From positions 1 through 64,000 of the IMG/VR virus record IMGVR_UViG_3300010388_000228: DNA of 64,000 nt; one strand, written 5' to 3'. The notes beneath the pieces are model-generated. The model made no database searches, was not told where the DNA came from, and was given only the letters and a program-made list of their open reading frames with translations. Both the position numbers and the translations under genes were made by a program. The stretch is from a virus. Positions 46,321-56,761 of the stretch are shown here, piece by piece (the first letter of the stretch is position 1; each line of letters opens with the position of its first letter).

Positions 46321-47913
46321 TCACATATTAGAGGAAACAAATATTGGTAGAGGTGCTTCCCAGTCCTCAAATCGCTCTTCAATCCGCATTCTTTCAAATA
46401 CCAAAGGATCCCACTCTGCTAGTATGTCAATCATTCTTACTATTAATAGTAATGCTGCTACTAAATCGTCGTGTTGTCCCGGTTTACCTTTAAAACTAAT
46501 GCCATGTGCGATAAAAGATTTTAGTTCGGTTATTAAAGGTTTACTGTTAATTACCATCTTATCTTCTTCAACAAAATATTTTAATTTTGAACATGCAGCA
46601 ATTTTATTATTAAAGGTTGTATTAAATCCTTTGCGGAATTTGCGAACATGCCCCTTTCTGCCCGGCTCGCTTACAAATAATCCCGGAAATGTTTCTTCTC
46701 CTAAGTTGTCAATTACTACTAGTGCGCTTTCACCTACCGTATTGTTTTCTACTGACCAGTATACTGAGTTGTATTGGTCGGCGCCAATCTCATCTTGTAT
46801 ATATAATAGTACATCTCTAAATAACTTTACCTGTCCTTGGATTGGAGTAATGTTATGATGCCATTCTGCTACTTGTACCATTGACGGTAATTCAAATACT
46901 GATATTGCAGAATAGTCCCCGCCTGTACCTAAACTTGGATCCAATGCTACTAAATATAAATTACCAGCAGTTGGTGCTTTATACCATCTAACTTGTCCCA
47001 TTTTCATTATTGGCTCTTTACCGTATAGTTCAACTAATTTTAAACTGTTAATAAGAGTTTCGTCGTATACTAAGAATTCGCAGCCGTATTCACGTCTAAA
47101 CTTTTCTTCACCAATACGACCTAATTCGTCTTTCTTCCATTCTTCATCGCGATCTGGGTGATCCCACCAGTCAGAACGAAATCCAGAGAATCCGTTAATT
47201 CCGATCCTATCTGCTTTCTCATTACCAAATTCATCAAAACATTGTTGGCTTTCTTTCCATATAGTAGCAAATTGATCTTCGTCACTATTTGGTGTAGAAG
47301 TAATAATACAACGTCCACCAGTTGCTAGTGTAGGTGAAATAGAAGTCCAAAACTCTTCAGCAATGTTAGGTTGTAAGAACGCAAACTCATCGCAATACAG
47401 TAACGAAATAGACATACCTCGTCCTGTTGTACCTGTTGTAGTTTGACTTACAATACGTGAACCGTTATCGAACTCCATAGACCCTTTGTTATAACTAATA
47501 ACACCAGCACGTAAAAAGTCTGGACAAAGTTCATATCCATAACGTATACGTTGCATAATCTCTTGAGCACCTGTATATTTGTGCGCTGCAATTAGAATAG
47601 TTTGGTCCGGGTGAAACATTGCATACCATAATAAGTATGCAGATGCACACGTAGTTTTACCACTTTGTCGTGGTAACATGTTAATATTAAAACGATGTGC
47701 GTGATAACAATTTAACAAATTAACCTGATAATCAAACGGCTGGAATAATAACTTTCCTTTTACTGAGTGTTGAATATGAAAAAAGTATCTTGAAAAATAT
47801 AAATACCCATCAGTTGGATCGGCACACATTCGTAAATCAGTAATCTGTTGTTCTTCAAATCGTTCAGTTTTATGAGCTTTTTTAGTTAAAACACCATCTA
47901 AACTTTTAGCCAT
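46321..47913 (-). CDS. gp17: terminase large subunit (gp17-like)
   Basis: PRQSGKTT, LLYCDEFAF, ITSTPN, FRREYGCEF, ALDPSLG.G.DYS, HDDLV. Confidence 0.92.
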   Translation of the reverse strand: MAKSLDGVLTKKAHKTERFEEQQITDLRMCADPTDGYLYFSRYFFHIQHSVKGKLLFQPFDYQVNLLNCYHAHRFNINMLPRQSGKTTCASAYLLWYAMFHPDQTILIAAHKYTGAQEIMQRIRYGYELCPDFLRAGVISYNKGSMEFDNGSRIVSQTTTGTTGRGMSISLLYCDEFAFLQPNIAEEFWTSISPTLATGGRCIITSTPNSDEDQFATIWKESQQCFDEFGNEKADRIGINGFSGFRSDWWDHPDRDEEWKKDELGRIGEEKFRREYGCEFLVYDETLINSLKLVELYGKEPIMKMGQVRWYKAPTAGNLYLVALDPSLGTGGDYSAISVFELPSMVQVAEWHHNITPIQGQVKLFRDVLLYIQDEIGADQYNSVYWSVENNTVGESALVVIDNLGEETFPGLFVSEPGRKGHVRKFRKGFNTTFNNKIAACSKLKYFVEEDKMVINSKPLITELKSFIAHGISFKGKPGQHDDLVAALLLIVRMIDILAEWDPLVFERMRIEERFEDWEAPLPIFVSSNM

Positions 47914-47945
47914 ATAATATCCTTTATCTGTCTTATTGTATTTAC

Positions 47946-47974
47946 AAAAAAAAGCGGACATAATGTCCGCTTTG
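47946..47974 (-). terminator. intrinsic terminator
   Basis: aaagcggaca-taa-tgtccgcttt hairpin with T tract on the minus strand. Confidence 0.7.
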
Positions 47975-47977
47975 TGA

Positions 47978-48178
47978 TTATCTTGGAGGATTATCTGTTA
48001 GTTCGATTGTGCAGTGTTTACCTTTTCTAGCTTGTAATTTCTTTTCTTTTTCAGCTTTATGAATAGCAGCATCTAACTCAGGAGACCCGTCTACACCGCC
48101 TGGATATATTCTCCACGGAAATTCATGATTGTAATTAAAAATTGCAACATTAATAATTGGATCATAATCAGGATCCAT
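47978..48178 (-). CDS. hypothetical ORF, possibly a frameshifted C-terminal extension of 48271..48738
   Basis: Frame stays open upstream to an A11 run; no SD before the ATG. Confidence 0.45.
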   Translation of the reverse strand: MDPDYDPIINVAIFNYNHEFPWRIYPGGVDGSPELDAAIHKAEKEKKLQARKGKHCTIELTDNPPR

Positions 48179-48270
48179 GATTGATCGTGGTTTAGAAAAT
48201 GCTTGATCTGCTGTAAATCCGCCTCTTCCGCCGTATACATGATCATGTTCGGCTTTATGACGATCCTCAC

Positions 48271-48738
48271 TTATTTTTTTTTTTGGCTACGTAATTTAAC
48301 GTTTTCGTATAAATCAGAAAGATTTTGAATTAACGCTTCGTGAACTTGAGGATTGCCGCCGCCATTTACTTTACGTGCTTCTCTGTCTTTTTTATCGCCT
48401 TGATGAATTAATGCATCAATGCCGTACGTTGTTGGACCAACATCACCGTCTACTTCATTTTTATACCCATCACCGATAACAATTTCAGCGTCATGATCAT
48501 GTGGAATGTCTTTTGGTTCTGCATCAGTATCACTGCCAATTCCTTTTAGTACATCAATTAATTCACGAATACCATCTGCACCTTTGCTATTAATAGTAAG
48601 ATTCATATTTAATGATTCGTCAGGTGGTTGACTACCATGAATAATAGCTGCAGGCATTTCGCCGCCACATTCTTCAATTGACGGGTTGCACCCTTCTTCA
48701 ATGCTTTTCATTGTTTGCATTAACTGTTTAAAATCCAT
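48271..48738 (-). CDS. acidic head-associated/hypothetical protein
   Basis: MDFKQLMQTMKSIEE N-terminus; late operon. Confidence 0.6.
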   Translation of the reverse strand: MDFKQLMQTMKSIEEGCNPSIEECGGEMPAAIIHGSQPPDESLNMNLTINSKGADGIRELIDVLKGIGSDTDAEPKDIPHDHDAEIVIGDGYKNEVDGDVGPTTYGIDALIHQGDKKDREARKVNGGGNPQVHEALIQNLSDLYENVKLRSQKKK

Positions 48739-49361
48739 TAGTTTATTCCTTTAGCAGTCGGTAATGTAACTTTTTTAGATCCAACTGGACTAGTAGTTCC
48801 AATTGTTTTATCATATTTGGCACTTGTTGCTGCTTTTTCAACAGGCGCTTTTTTTGCTAATAGTTGATCATTAACACCCTTATACTGTTCACCTTGATGT
48901 TTAACTTTGTTAAGTTCTTTTAACAATGACATTACATTTGATTGGCCTGCTAAGTGCTGATTGCTTTCTTTATCGTAATCTTTACCTAATAATGCGTCAC
49001 CTGATGTTTCATCAAATTTGTGATTAAGCTCTTCTTCTTCAACTTCTTTAAGATTGCGAACTTTAACACAGCATTCACTTAACCCTAATGCATCAGCAGC
49101 AAGCTGTCTTACTTGAAAACTAGTTGCAGGGTATGTTAATATAACATCATATGTAGTAACATTGATGTTGTGATGTTCAGGAAAATCAACTTGTGTTTCT
49201 TGAATTGGAGTGCGAGTGCTTTCTGAAAACGATTCAACTGTAAATCTTTCTAATGCACTTTTAAGTTTATTAATATTGTCTTGTGGATGTTCTCCCACAA
49301 GTTTAATTTTAAATTCATAAACTTGTTTTGATTCTAATAAATGTTGTCTAAATGATTTCAT
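48738..49361 (-). CDS. probable prohead core/internal protein
   Basis: MKSFRQHLLE resembles T4-type capsid-targeting propeptides; late context. Confidence 0.5.
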   Translation of the reverse strand: MKSFRQHLLESKQVYEFKIKLVGEHPQDNINKLKSALERFTVESFSESTRTPIQETQVDFPEHHNINVTTYDVILTYPATSFQVRQLAADALGLSECCVKVRNLKEVEEEELNHKFDETSGDALLGKDYDKESNQHLAGQSNVMSLLKELNKVKHQGEQYKGVNDQLLAKKAPVEKAATSAKYDKTIGTTSPVGSKKVTLPTAKGIN

Positions 49362-49382
49362 AATATATCCTTGATATTATAT

Positions 49383-49862
49383 TTATTTCATATTCTTCAA
49401 TTTTTCGATCAGACTATTACGGTCGGTAACGATAAATCCTTCGCCTGAAATATTAACACCGTTGTCTTCTGGGTGAGCATCGTTGTCTAATTTTTGTTTC
49501 TTAATCTGAAGTTCGATCATTTTAATTTTCTTATCAATTTTTGCCGACTTAGCATCAATTGCGTTCTTAAGCATACTTGCAGCTACTTCAAATACCCGGC
49601 CGCTGTATCGAGCTTCAACATTCATTCCTAAATCCATTAAGTCGTCATACGCATCCGTTGCACGCTGCGCTAATGCATCAAACTCTGAATCACTAGCATC
49701 GCCTAGCCCTTTTACTTGTGGTAATGCTGCTGATATTTTATCAAATTCAGCCATGTCTCGAAGTAACGGAACTGGTCCAGCCGGTACTGCAGGCGTAGTA
49801 TCTTCTTTTATAATTGTTTTACTTTCTGGTAAATTTAGAAGGTCTTCTAATTTGCGGGTCAT
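49383..49862 (-). CDS. probable terminase small subunit (gp16-like)
   Basis: Helical, RVFEVA..MLK..D..K, C-terminal beta segment; near terL. Confidence 0.5.
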   Translation of the reverse strand: MTRKLEDLLNLPESKTIIKEDTTPAVPAGPVPLLRDMAEFDKISAALPQVKGLGDASDSEFDALAQRATDAYDDLMDLGMNVEARYSGRVFEVAASMLKNAIDAKSAKIDKKIKMIELQIKKQKLDNDAHPEDNGVNISGEGFIVTDRNSLIEKLKNMK

Positions 49863-49892
49863 GAATTATCCTCATATAGTATACTATTTAAG

Positions 49893-50333
49893 TTATTTGG
49901 ACCCGTTATGAAAAATATCATTTTCATTTATAACTCTAAATACTAATCCATGTTGTTTACAATAAGCAGTAGCAGCTGCCCATTTTGCTTGATTTTTAAT
50001 AAACTGCGCTTGATTGTATTTGTTTTTACCAACACGTTCTAATATATGTTGACTTGCAGGTTTTATTTCAATTACTTCATTATGTATATGATTGTTTTTA
50101 TCTACGTACTGAATAAAAAAATCTGGCAAATAAATAGTGTTACGATTAGTAAGAGGATCTCGATACGGTATAGTGATTGCTTCGCTTGCCCATTTGTGAA
50201 TTGCAGGATTTGTATCACACATACTCATAAAAGTCATTTCCCAAGAACTTCTGTAGAATGGTATTTTTGTCCCTACATATTTTGCTGGATTTTTAGGTGT
50301 AAATTTTCCTTTAGCAAATTTACGACTACTCAT
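49893..50333 (-). CDS. gp4: head completion nuclease (gp4-like, TnsA-type fold)
   Basis: YRSSWE..CD.NP.I..WASE..IPY..Y.PDF..IEIKP..N.AKW.AA. Confidence 0.85.
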   Translation of the reverse strand: MSSRKFAKGKFTPKNPAKYVGTKIPFYRSSWEMTFMSMCDTNPAIHKWASEAITIPYRDPLTNRNTIYLPDFFIQYVDKNNHIHNEVIEIKPASQHILERVGKNKYNQAQFIKNQAKWAAATAYCKQHGLVFRVINENDIFHNGSK

Positions 50334-50698
50334 ACTAATATGTTTCTCGATTCGTAGTCATTATCAATCTTATTAACTCGATATCCTAATAAACTAGTAG
50401 GTGATCTATATGAATTTAATATTTGGGCAACTACTTGATTTAACTGTAATGATGGAAGAGTTTTAAGGGTGTCTAACAATGCAAATACATCAACTCCGTC
50501 GTATCGTGCTTGATTTAATAACACAATTGCAGTTGAACTTGCACTAGCAGTATCAAAATTTCTTTTTTGAAAAAACCCAATAACTGCATCAATCTGTTCA
50601 CACGGAAACGAAACATCGTTAGTATAAAATTTATCAAAAAAATGTTTAATTTCAGTTGATACCGGTTCAGTATATGGAGATGGTAAATTTATATTCAT
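50330..50698 (-). CDS. hypothetical protein
   Basis: 122-aa ORF coupled in the late operon. Confidence 0.6.
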   Translation of the reverse strand: MNINLPSPYTEPVSTEIKHFFDKFYTNDVSFPCEQIDAVIGFFQKRNFDTASASSTAIVLLNQARYDGVDVFALLDTLKTLPSLQLNQVVAQILNSYRSPTSLLGYRVNKIDNDYESRNILV

Positions 50699-51843
50699 CT
50701 AGTTTGTCCGTTTTGTCCATAGTTAGGAGTTGTAGTTAGTCCAGTTTGTGTTGCAATTGTACCAGTAGCAGTAGCTTTAGCATTTCCTACATTAGTACTT
50801 ATTTGTGTTGCAGTTGTGCCAGTAGCAGTTGTGCCAGTAGCAGTTGTGCCAGTAGCAGCGGTGCCATTACCTGTTGGAATAGATGCACCGAGTTTGTTTG
50901 CAGATGTAGAACTAGTACCTGCTGCACCAATCGTTGATGAAAGAGATGCTAACCCATTGCCAGTCGGTAACGCAATGCCAAGTTTGTTTGCAACTGATGC
51001 TAGAAGAGCCGATTGTTGTGCAGCTACAGTAGTTGAGTTAGCTGTACCTAATATCGGTTGCGGAAATGATGGATATGTGCTAGTATTTGACATCGGTGTT
51101 CCGGGTTGCAACGGTGACGGATAATAATCATAATGTGATATACCAAATCCTTCCATGTTACCGTCAGTAACATACCCAGTACCGTACGAAACTGCTTCAT
51201 ATGCAAGTGTCATATCAAACGCGTGTGAATCACCTGAATGGTATGCTAAGTTGCCTCCGCCCCAGTGGGTAATAAGAGGGTTAATAAGTTTATAACTAAC
51301 AAACTCATGTCTTGCCATTTGATAAATTGTTATATAATTAAAAAATGGTTTAGATCGCCCAATAAATCCGTAAGGATTTTTTATGTACGACGATGGTAGT
51401 GTTGCTGTCTTATTATATGCACCTTTAGCAGATGAAACTGTTGGATCGTTATAAAAATACTTATAATATGTTTGCCATAATTGATTTACGAGTCCCATAT
51501 TATCATCATGAAACGATAATTTAACATCAGTATATTTGTGCTGATATTGGACAACTCGTTTTCTATTATATTGATTTAACGTTTCGGCAGATACAGTGTA
51601 TGTAGGTAAGTCAATATTTTTAACTAATAAGTTAATCTCATTTTTAAGAGTTTCTAACATCTTAGCTTCAATTGTACTTGGTTTAATACCTTGCCAGTTA
51701 ATATTAAATGCAACATGAAATAAAAATTTATCTTTAGGTAATAATCGAAATTGATCGGTTACAAAAGTTTGAGACGCGTGCTGGCGGCATCGAAGGTTTT
51801 CGACAGGGTCAGCTACTAAAAATTCGTTTTGTGCAAATGCCAT
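50695..51843 (-). CDS. tail-tube-fold baseplate/tube initiator protein (gp54/gp48-like) with Thr/Ala/Gly-rich tail
   Basis: NIDLP....ETLNQYNRKR..Y.DV.L.FHDD..YKLINP.IT..MTLAYE; TTATG repeats. Confidence 0.55.
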   Translation of the reverse strand: MAFAQNEFLVADPVENLRCRQHASQTFVTDQFRLLPKDKFLFHVAFNINWQGIKPSTIEAKMLETLKNEINLLVKNIDLPTYTVSAETLNQYNRKRVVQYQHKYTDVKLSFHDDNMGLVNQLWQTYYKYFYNDPTVSSAKGAYNKTATLPSSYIKNPYGFIGRSKPFFNYITIYQMARHEFVSYKLINPLITHWGGGNLAYHSGDSHAFDMTLAYEAVSYGTGYVTDGNMEGFGISHYDYYPSPLQPGTPMSNTSTYPSFPQPILGTANSTTVAAQQSALLASVANKLGIALPTGNGLASLSSTIGAAGTSSTSANKLGASIPTGNGTAATGTTATGTTATGTTATQISTNVGNAKATATGTIATQTGLTTTPNYGQNGQTR

Positions 51844-51876
51844 ATATATATTTATCCCTTAAAACTCGCAGAAATC

Positions 51877-51902
51877 AAAAAAAAGCCCGCAATGCGGGCT
51901 TT
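51877..51902 (-). terminator. intrinsic terminator after the tail tube gene
   Basis: aaagcccgca-a-tgcgggcttt hairpin plus T tract. Confidence 0.75.
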
Positions 51903-51924
51903 AATTGTTTTACTTAAATTGGTA

Positions 51925-52581
51925 TTATGAACCAACAACTGTACTAAAATCAGCCATAGTTGATCTAGTAGTGTCTTCGTATCCAATACCAGCACTTTCT
52001 CCGCCAACAACTTGTACGCAGTTATCAGGTTGAATTGAAAGATCAATTGTCATAAACCCAGCATCAGCGTATGTTAATGCGTTGTAAGTTGATGAAACTA
52101 AGTAACAACCGTAGCACATCCATGTTTCTAATATCGATGAACTGTCATCAAACGACTTGTTGTTTGCACCGTCTAGCATTTCAACTTTCATTTTAAACTT
52201 ATATGAACCTGCAGCAGCAGCTGAACTTTGTTCAAAGAAGTCAAATTGTTTCTGATTTTGCTCACCGACAAGTTGATTTACAACGTTAGTTTGATCATCA
52301 CGTATTTTAACACTAATTGCTCCCCATTTAGGTTTCCCTGCATAGTGAATAATACTGTTATATACGTCAATTGTTTTATCATCAAATGTTAGCGTAGGTC
52401 TAGAAGCTTCTGATACTTGACGAGTTAATTCAGTAAGTTTACCAGTACTAGATTCAGCACCAAAGCCTTCAAATGTTATTCTAAAACGATATTTTAATTT
52501 AGGCATTAACAACGAAGAGTTGCCAAGATCGCCCATTTCAGTTGGTACTGACATATTAATTAATGATGAAATTGCAGCCAT
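51925..52581 (-). CDS. gp19: tail tube protein (gp19-like)
   Basis: PKLKYRFRI, RP...F, YAGKPKW..I....RDD, LETW..YGC; directly after sheath. Confidence 0.8.
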   Translation of the reverse strand: MAAISSLINMSVPTEMGDLGNSSLLMPKLKYRFRITFEGFGAESSTGKLTELTRQVSEASRPTLTFDDKTIDVYNSIIHYAGKPKWGAISVKIRDDQTNVVNQLVGEQNQKQFDFFEQSSAAAAGSYKFKMKVEMLDGANNKSFDDSSSILETWMCYGCYLVSSTYNALTYADAGFMTIDLSIQPDNCVQVVGGESAGIGYEDTTRSTMADFSTVVGS

Positions 52582-52582
52582 T

Positions 52583-55500
52583 TTATTTTGCTCCTAATGT
52601 TTTAACTTCGCCGGTGTTTAATAAACGCAACGGGATGTAAATAAATTCTACAGCTTTAGTTGGTTCAATTGCAACATCTAAATATACTTCACTGTTATCT
52701 ATTCTTGCAGGTGTATTATTGGTAGTATCACATACTACTACAAAATCGTATAATGCACGTTGGCCTACAAGCTCCATTAACATGTTTTCAGCAGCATGTT
52801 TAATTTGACTACGTGTAGCGGTATCGTTTGGTTGGAACAAATACGGTCTTGCAAGTTTTGCAAACTGTCTACGTAATTGAATAACTAAACGAGCAACGTT
52901 AATGCGATCTAATGAACTAGAAACTGATGAACGAGTGTATTGTCCAAAGTTAACAATTCCTGATCCAATAATTGTAGCAATTGCATTAACTTTAATTTTT
53001 GCTAATGTATCACGTTGTCCAGGATTTAACGATACTGTTACAAACTCACCTGATGTATTAACATATCCTACAGATGATGCATTGTTAATAACACCTCTTG
53101 AAGTTCCAGCTGGAGCAAACCAAGGATGACTTGCAGCATCGCTTAATGCAATAGTGCGAAGCATCATAGTACTTGGAGGAATAACAATGTTATTTCCGCT
53201 GTTGTCACTTGATAATCCCCATGGATAAAAGAATGCTAAGTATGGATCAGATGTAGTTAAACCGTTGTCATTATCTTCAATAGCACCTTTAATGTTTGAA
53301 CCCCAATTTTCTAATGAGGTTGCATCTGGTGTTAATCTTGCAGGAGTATCAGCTACAACAAACGCAGTAATGCCGTTGTCATAATTTAAAATTTTCATTT
53401 CGCCAACAAGTTCAGGATATCCAGGACATGCAATCAAATTAAATTCTCTAACTTCTGTTTCACGAATTTGAAGATTTGAATTAACAACTGCTTGCAATGC
53501 CTGAACGACTACCCCGCGTTGTGCTAAACGACCAAATGCGCCTGCACCATTTGACAAGTTAGCAGCAGCAGTTACCCAACGATGTGGATGATAATATGCC
53601 ATTGATTCGTCGCTAAATCTTAAGTTAAGATTGTTCAAATTAACATAATTTTTATGTAATTTTTTAACATTGTTTCCACTTCTACGCAAGTTCCATAACA
53701 TCATGCCTTCTGGATATAACGCAGGATCCGGAGCATCAAAGTCTACAAAGTCAGCTGCATCAAGTTCTGCTTGTGAGTATTCATCAAGTGTACCACCTAA
53801 CAACGAAATAATTGAAGCAGCTTCACTGTCGGTACCACTAGTACTCCATCTTGCGTCAGCAAAGATAATACCTTCACTAGTAACTTGGTCAGTAATGTCA
53901 ACTCTTTCCCATTTTTTATCAAAGTTAATATATTTGTATAATGATGGGTAATTTTCAGTATCCGAAGTATCAATCCACAAATCACCTTCTTTTAAATCAG
54001 AAACACCATCGTTTTGTGTAGTTGGTTTAGAAGCAGAAACAATTGGTCCAAGTGGATCAGTTGCGCCGCGATTATTACCGTGATCTACGTTACGATATGC
54101 TCTCCATTTATGATTACTGTTAACCATAATGTCAATTTCGTCAACACTTGGGTTATACCATAACAAGCCATCATCTGCTGCACCGGTTACTTCGGTTTCG
54201 CTTGGAGTAATAAATGAATGAATTCTATCATTTGTATATTCAGTCCATAATGTTGCAATGTAATGTGTAGTAAGAGGGTTTGGAGGAGTTGATGTATCAT
54301 AAGTATCTGCAATTAAATAATTTGCATTATGATAGAAATTATCAGTTTTAGATGGATCAAACAATTTAGTTAACGGTTGTCCAATTAAATCTACAAACTC
54401 AATATCGCCGCCGCGTGCGTGTGAAATTACAATTCTGTTTCCAGTACGTGATGCATGAACCGATGTACCGTTTCTGCTGTTAATTGCAGTTAAGATACTT
54501 TGAATAACTTCATCAATTTTTTGTGAGTCAGGAGTTGACGGTGGAAACGTAGGAATATCAAAAGAGATCGGTGCAGTTACTGATAACGCAGCTGCTCCAG
54601 CAACACTTTCTTGAAGTGAAAATGTATACGTGCCAGATGCAAACGTATCAGTTTTAATTACTGCAGAAGTGATTGAAGTAGCAATTACATCTTTACGACG
54701 ATATACTTTAAATGTTGCATAAGTAGTAGCTGATTCTGAATCGTTATATTTAACGTATACTGTATTTCCAGCTAACCCAATACCGCCACCTGTTGGATCT
54801 AATGCAGCTAAAGCAGATGAACCGTTTGGATACAACGGAGCTGATTTAGTAACCCAAGAAGCTGACGCAGTTTCGTATTTTTGAACTACCCAATTTGCAC
54901 CATTGTTTACAGAGTTTGTTTTAATCCATAGCGACCCTGTTGGTACTCCAATAAAGGTATCTGGATTTTCTTTACGTTTGTAAGTTGGTACATGCGTAGA
55001 CGACGAAATTGTCAATTTTGGTGCAATATAATTTGTTTGAGTAGTTGGAATCGAAATTCCAAGTTTTGTTGTAGTTTGTGCAAGAGAATTAGCAAAGTCT
55101 ACATCAATACCTGTCGAATAAATTACTAATGCGTTGTTAACTACTGCAGCAGAAATACCAACCATTGAATCGTCTGTTGAATCATTGATTAGATTTACTA
55201 ATCCTTCATTCACATCATCACTTACTAATGCAGTAAATCCTGTAAATACCACACCATTAATAGTTAATGAATCTGCACTATTTGTACCAGACGGTGCATC
55301 ATACCACACAGTAGTTGATGGTACAGTAGAACCTTGTACAGTAGGGATACTTCCTTTCCATTCAGGTGATCCAACTAATACCCAATTACTAGTAACTGGT
55401 GATTTATACCAAAGTGAAATAAGACTAGTTACTGCAGTGATTGCGTATGACCCAACTACTCCATAACTTGACAGTGGTGCAAAAGAGGGATCTACTAATG

Positions 55501-56032
55501 TTACGTCAGTAATTATAGACGGTGTAATACTTTTAAATTTTTGGCCTTGTGCTGTACTTGCAGATGCTGAATCCCATTCAGAAATACCCCAATGTGAAGC
55601 AATAGTGTTTAACCAAAAGGTGTTGTTTGCAGGTTTACCTGCAGGTTCTGTAGAAAGAGGTTTTAGTTGATCTAAATCAACATCTGCACGTAGTACATAA
55701 GCAGCACTGCTTACTCCTAAGAAACTATATGCAGCATGTAAACCATATTCATTTTGTTCACCAGCATTAACTGGAGTGTTACTCGCATCGGTTTTAAACA
55801 CTGGTTGACCGAATGTGTCTGTTAATTCTTTTTGGCTAGTAATTTTAAATACTTGGCCATATTTGCTAGATGTTTTTAATGTCCCTGGAGCAATTCCAGT
55901 TTTAGAGCCATTTAATTTGTTCGCAGCAGTAGCGATAAAAATTAATGGTACTGTACCAGGAGCCGATGAAGTGTAGAAACTATCGTCCGTTACCGATACA
56001 CTTACGCCTGGTGAACTAAGTTGTTGAGCCAT
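52583..56032 (-). CDS. gp18: tail sheath protein (gp18-like) with large insertions
   Basis: SPGVSVS, FGQP, LIACPGY, PWFAPAG..RG, DRINVARL, VVCDTTNNTP..ID, IEPTKAVEFIYIP. Confidence 0.92.
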   Translation of the reverse strand: MAQQLSSPGVSVSVTDDSFYTSSAPGTVPLIFIATAANKLNGSKTGIAPGTLKTSSKYGQVFKITSQKELTDTFGQPVFKTDASNTPVNAGEQNEYGLHAAYSFLGVSSAAYVLRADVDLDQLKPLSTEPAGKPANNTFWLNTIASHWGISEWDSASASTAQGQKFKSITPSIITDVTLVDPSFAPLSSYGVVGSYAITAVTSLISLWYKSPVTSNWVLVGSPEWKGSIPTVQGSTVPSTTVWYDAPSGTNSADSLTINGVVFTGFTALVSDDVNEGLVNLINDSTDDSMVGISAAVVNNALVIYSTGIDVDFANSLAQTTTKLGISIPTTQTNYIAPKLTISSSTHVPTYKRKENPDTFIGVPTGSLWIKTNSVNNGANWVVQKYETASASWVTKSAPLYPNGSSALAALDPTGGGIGLAGNTVYVKYNDSESATTYATFKVYRRKDVIATSITSAVIKTDTFASGTYTFSLQESVAGAAALSVTAPISFDIPTFPPSTPDSQKIDEVIQSILTAINSRNGTSVHASRTGNRIVISHARGGDIEFVDLIGQPLTKLFDPSKTDNFYHNANYLIADTYDTSTPPNPLTTHYIATLWTEYTNDRIHSFITPSETEVTGAADDGLLWYNPSVDEIDIMVNSNHKWRAYRNVDHGNNRGATDPLGPIVSASKPTTQNDGVSDLKEGDLWIDTSDTENYPSLYKYINFDKKWERVDITDQVTSEGIIFADARWSTSGTDSEAASIISLLGGTLDEYSQAELDAADFVDFDAPDPALYPEGMMLWNLRRSGNNVKKLHKNYVNLNNLNLRFSDESMAYYHPHRWVTAAANLSNGAGAFGRLAQRGVVVQALQAVVNSNLQIRETEVREFNLIACPGYPELVGEMKILNYDNGITAFVVADTPARLTPDATSLENWGSNIKGAIEDNDNGLTTSDPYLAFFYPWGLSSDNSGNNIVIPPSTMMLRTIALSDAASHPWFAPAGTSRGVINNASSVGYVNTSGEFVTVSLNPGQRDTLAKIKVNAIATIIGSGIVNFGQYTRSSVSSSLDRINVARLVIQLRRQFAKLARPYLFQPNDTATRSQIKHAAENMLMELVGQRALYDFVVVCDTTNNTPARIDNSEVYLDVAIEPTKAVEFIYIPLRLLNTGEVKTLGAK

Positions 56033-56064
56033 ATTATAATCTCCATATATACAAGTTCTAACTG

Positions 56065-56072
56065 TATTTATA
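56065..56072 (-). promoter_or_regulatory. T4-like late promoter TATAAATA
   Basis: Exact TATAAATA about 33 nt upstream of the sheath ATG; NATAAATA variants precede other minus-strand genes. Confidence 0.6.
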
Positions 56073-56093
56073 GGAAATTGTCAAATTATGGCC

Positions 56094-56711
56094 TTATATA
56101 TTAACTATTTCTGTTACTTTTGAATATAACGATTCAAGTGTACCGTTGTTATCAATTGTATGATCTACTACTAAACCATACCATGCCCACTCACTCTCGT
56201 GTATTCCAAACTCTTTTAACATTAAGATATCTTCTATGTTGTTAGCTAATGCACCGGTAACATATTGATGCCATTCTGGGTTAGGCCCGCGTTTTACACG
56301 AAGCATTATACCACCTAATTTTTTAATAGTTTCAAACTCATTTGGAAATCTGCAATCACTTATAACAACATTAGTACCTACATTTCTTAACTTATTTTCT
56401 AAACTAGCAATCCATATATCGTCATGAAAACTTCTTCTACATACTTCTGTACCCCATTGCTGCAATACATACCGAGGAGTTAAGTTTGGGATATTTAACT
56501 TATCTGCCCACCATTGATCAACTTGTTCACGCCATTCCCTAGACTCTTTAGTTTGTCCTTCAAGCATTGATCTATCCCATCCAAATACTGCAGCAACTGC
56601 ATCTTTTAATGTGCCTGCAAAACTTTCACGTTTAAAGTTATGTTCATTTACTAAGTAATCTGCGATAGTATCTTTGCCTTCGCCTATATTTCCTACAATA
56701 CCGATTATCAT
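56094..56711 (-). CDS. deoxynucleoside monophosphate kinase (gp1-like)
   Basis: IIGIVGNIGEGKDT, SFAGTLK, TPRYVLQQWGTE, VISDCRFPNE, HESE. Confidence 0.85.
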   Translation of the reverse strand: MIIGIVGNIGEGKDTIADYLVNEHNFKRESFAGTLKDAVAAVFGWDRSMLEGQTKESREWREQVDQWWADKLNIPNLTPRYVLQQWGTEVCRRSFHDDIWIASLENKLRNVGTNVVISDCRFPNEFETIKKLGGIMLRVKRGPNPEWHQYVTGALANNIEDILMLKEFGIHESEWAWYGLVVDHTIDNNGTLESLYSKVTEIVNI

Positions 56712-56761
56712 ATTATTCTCCTAAAATTGTATTATACACTAATTTTAGAAAAATGTCAATA

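Noticed and set aside
46321-47913. Intein or intron in terminase, helicases or recombinase
   Set aside because: Lengths and motif spacing are ordinary and no splice-junction motifs were seen.
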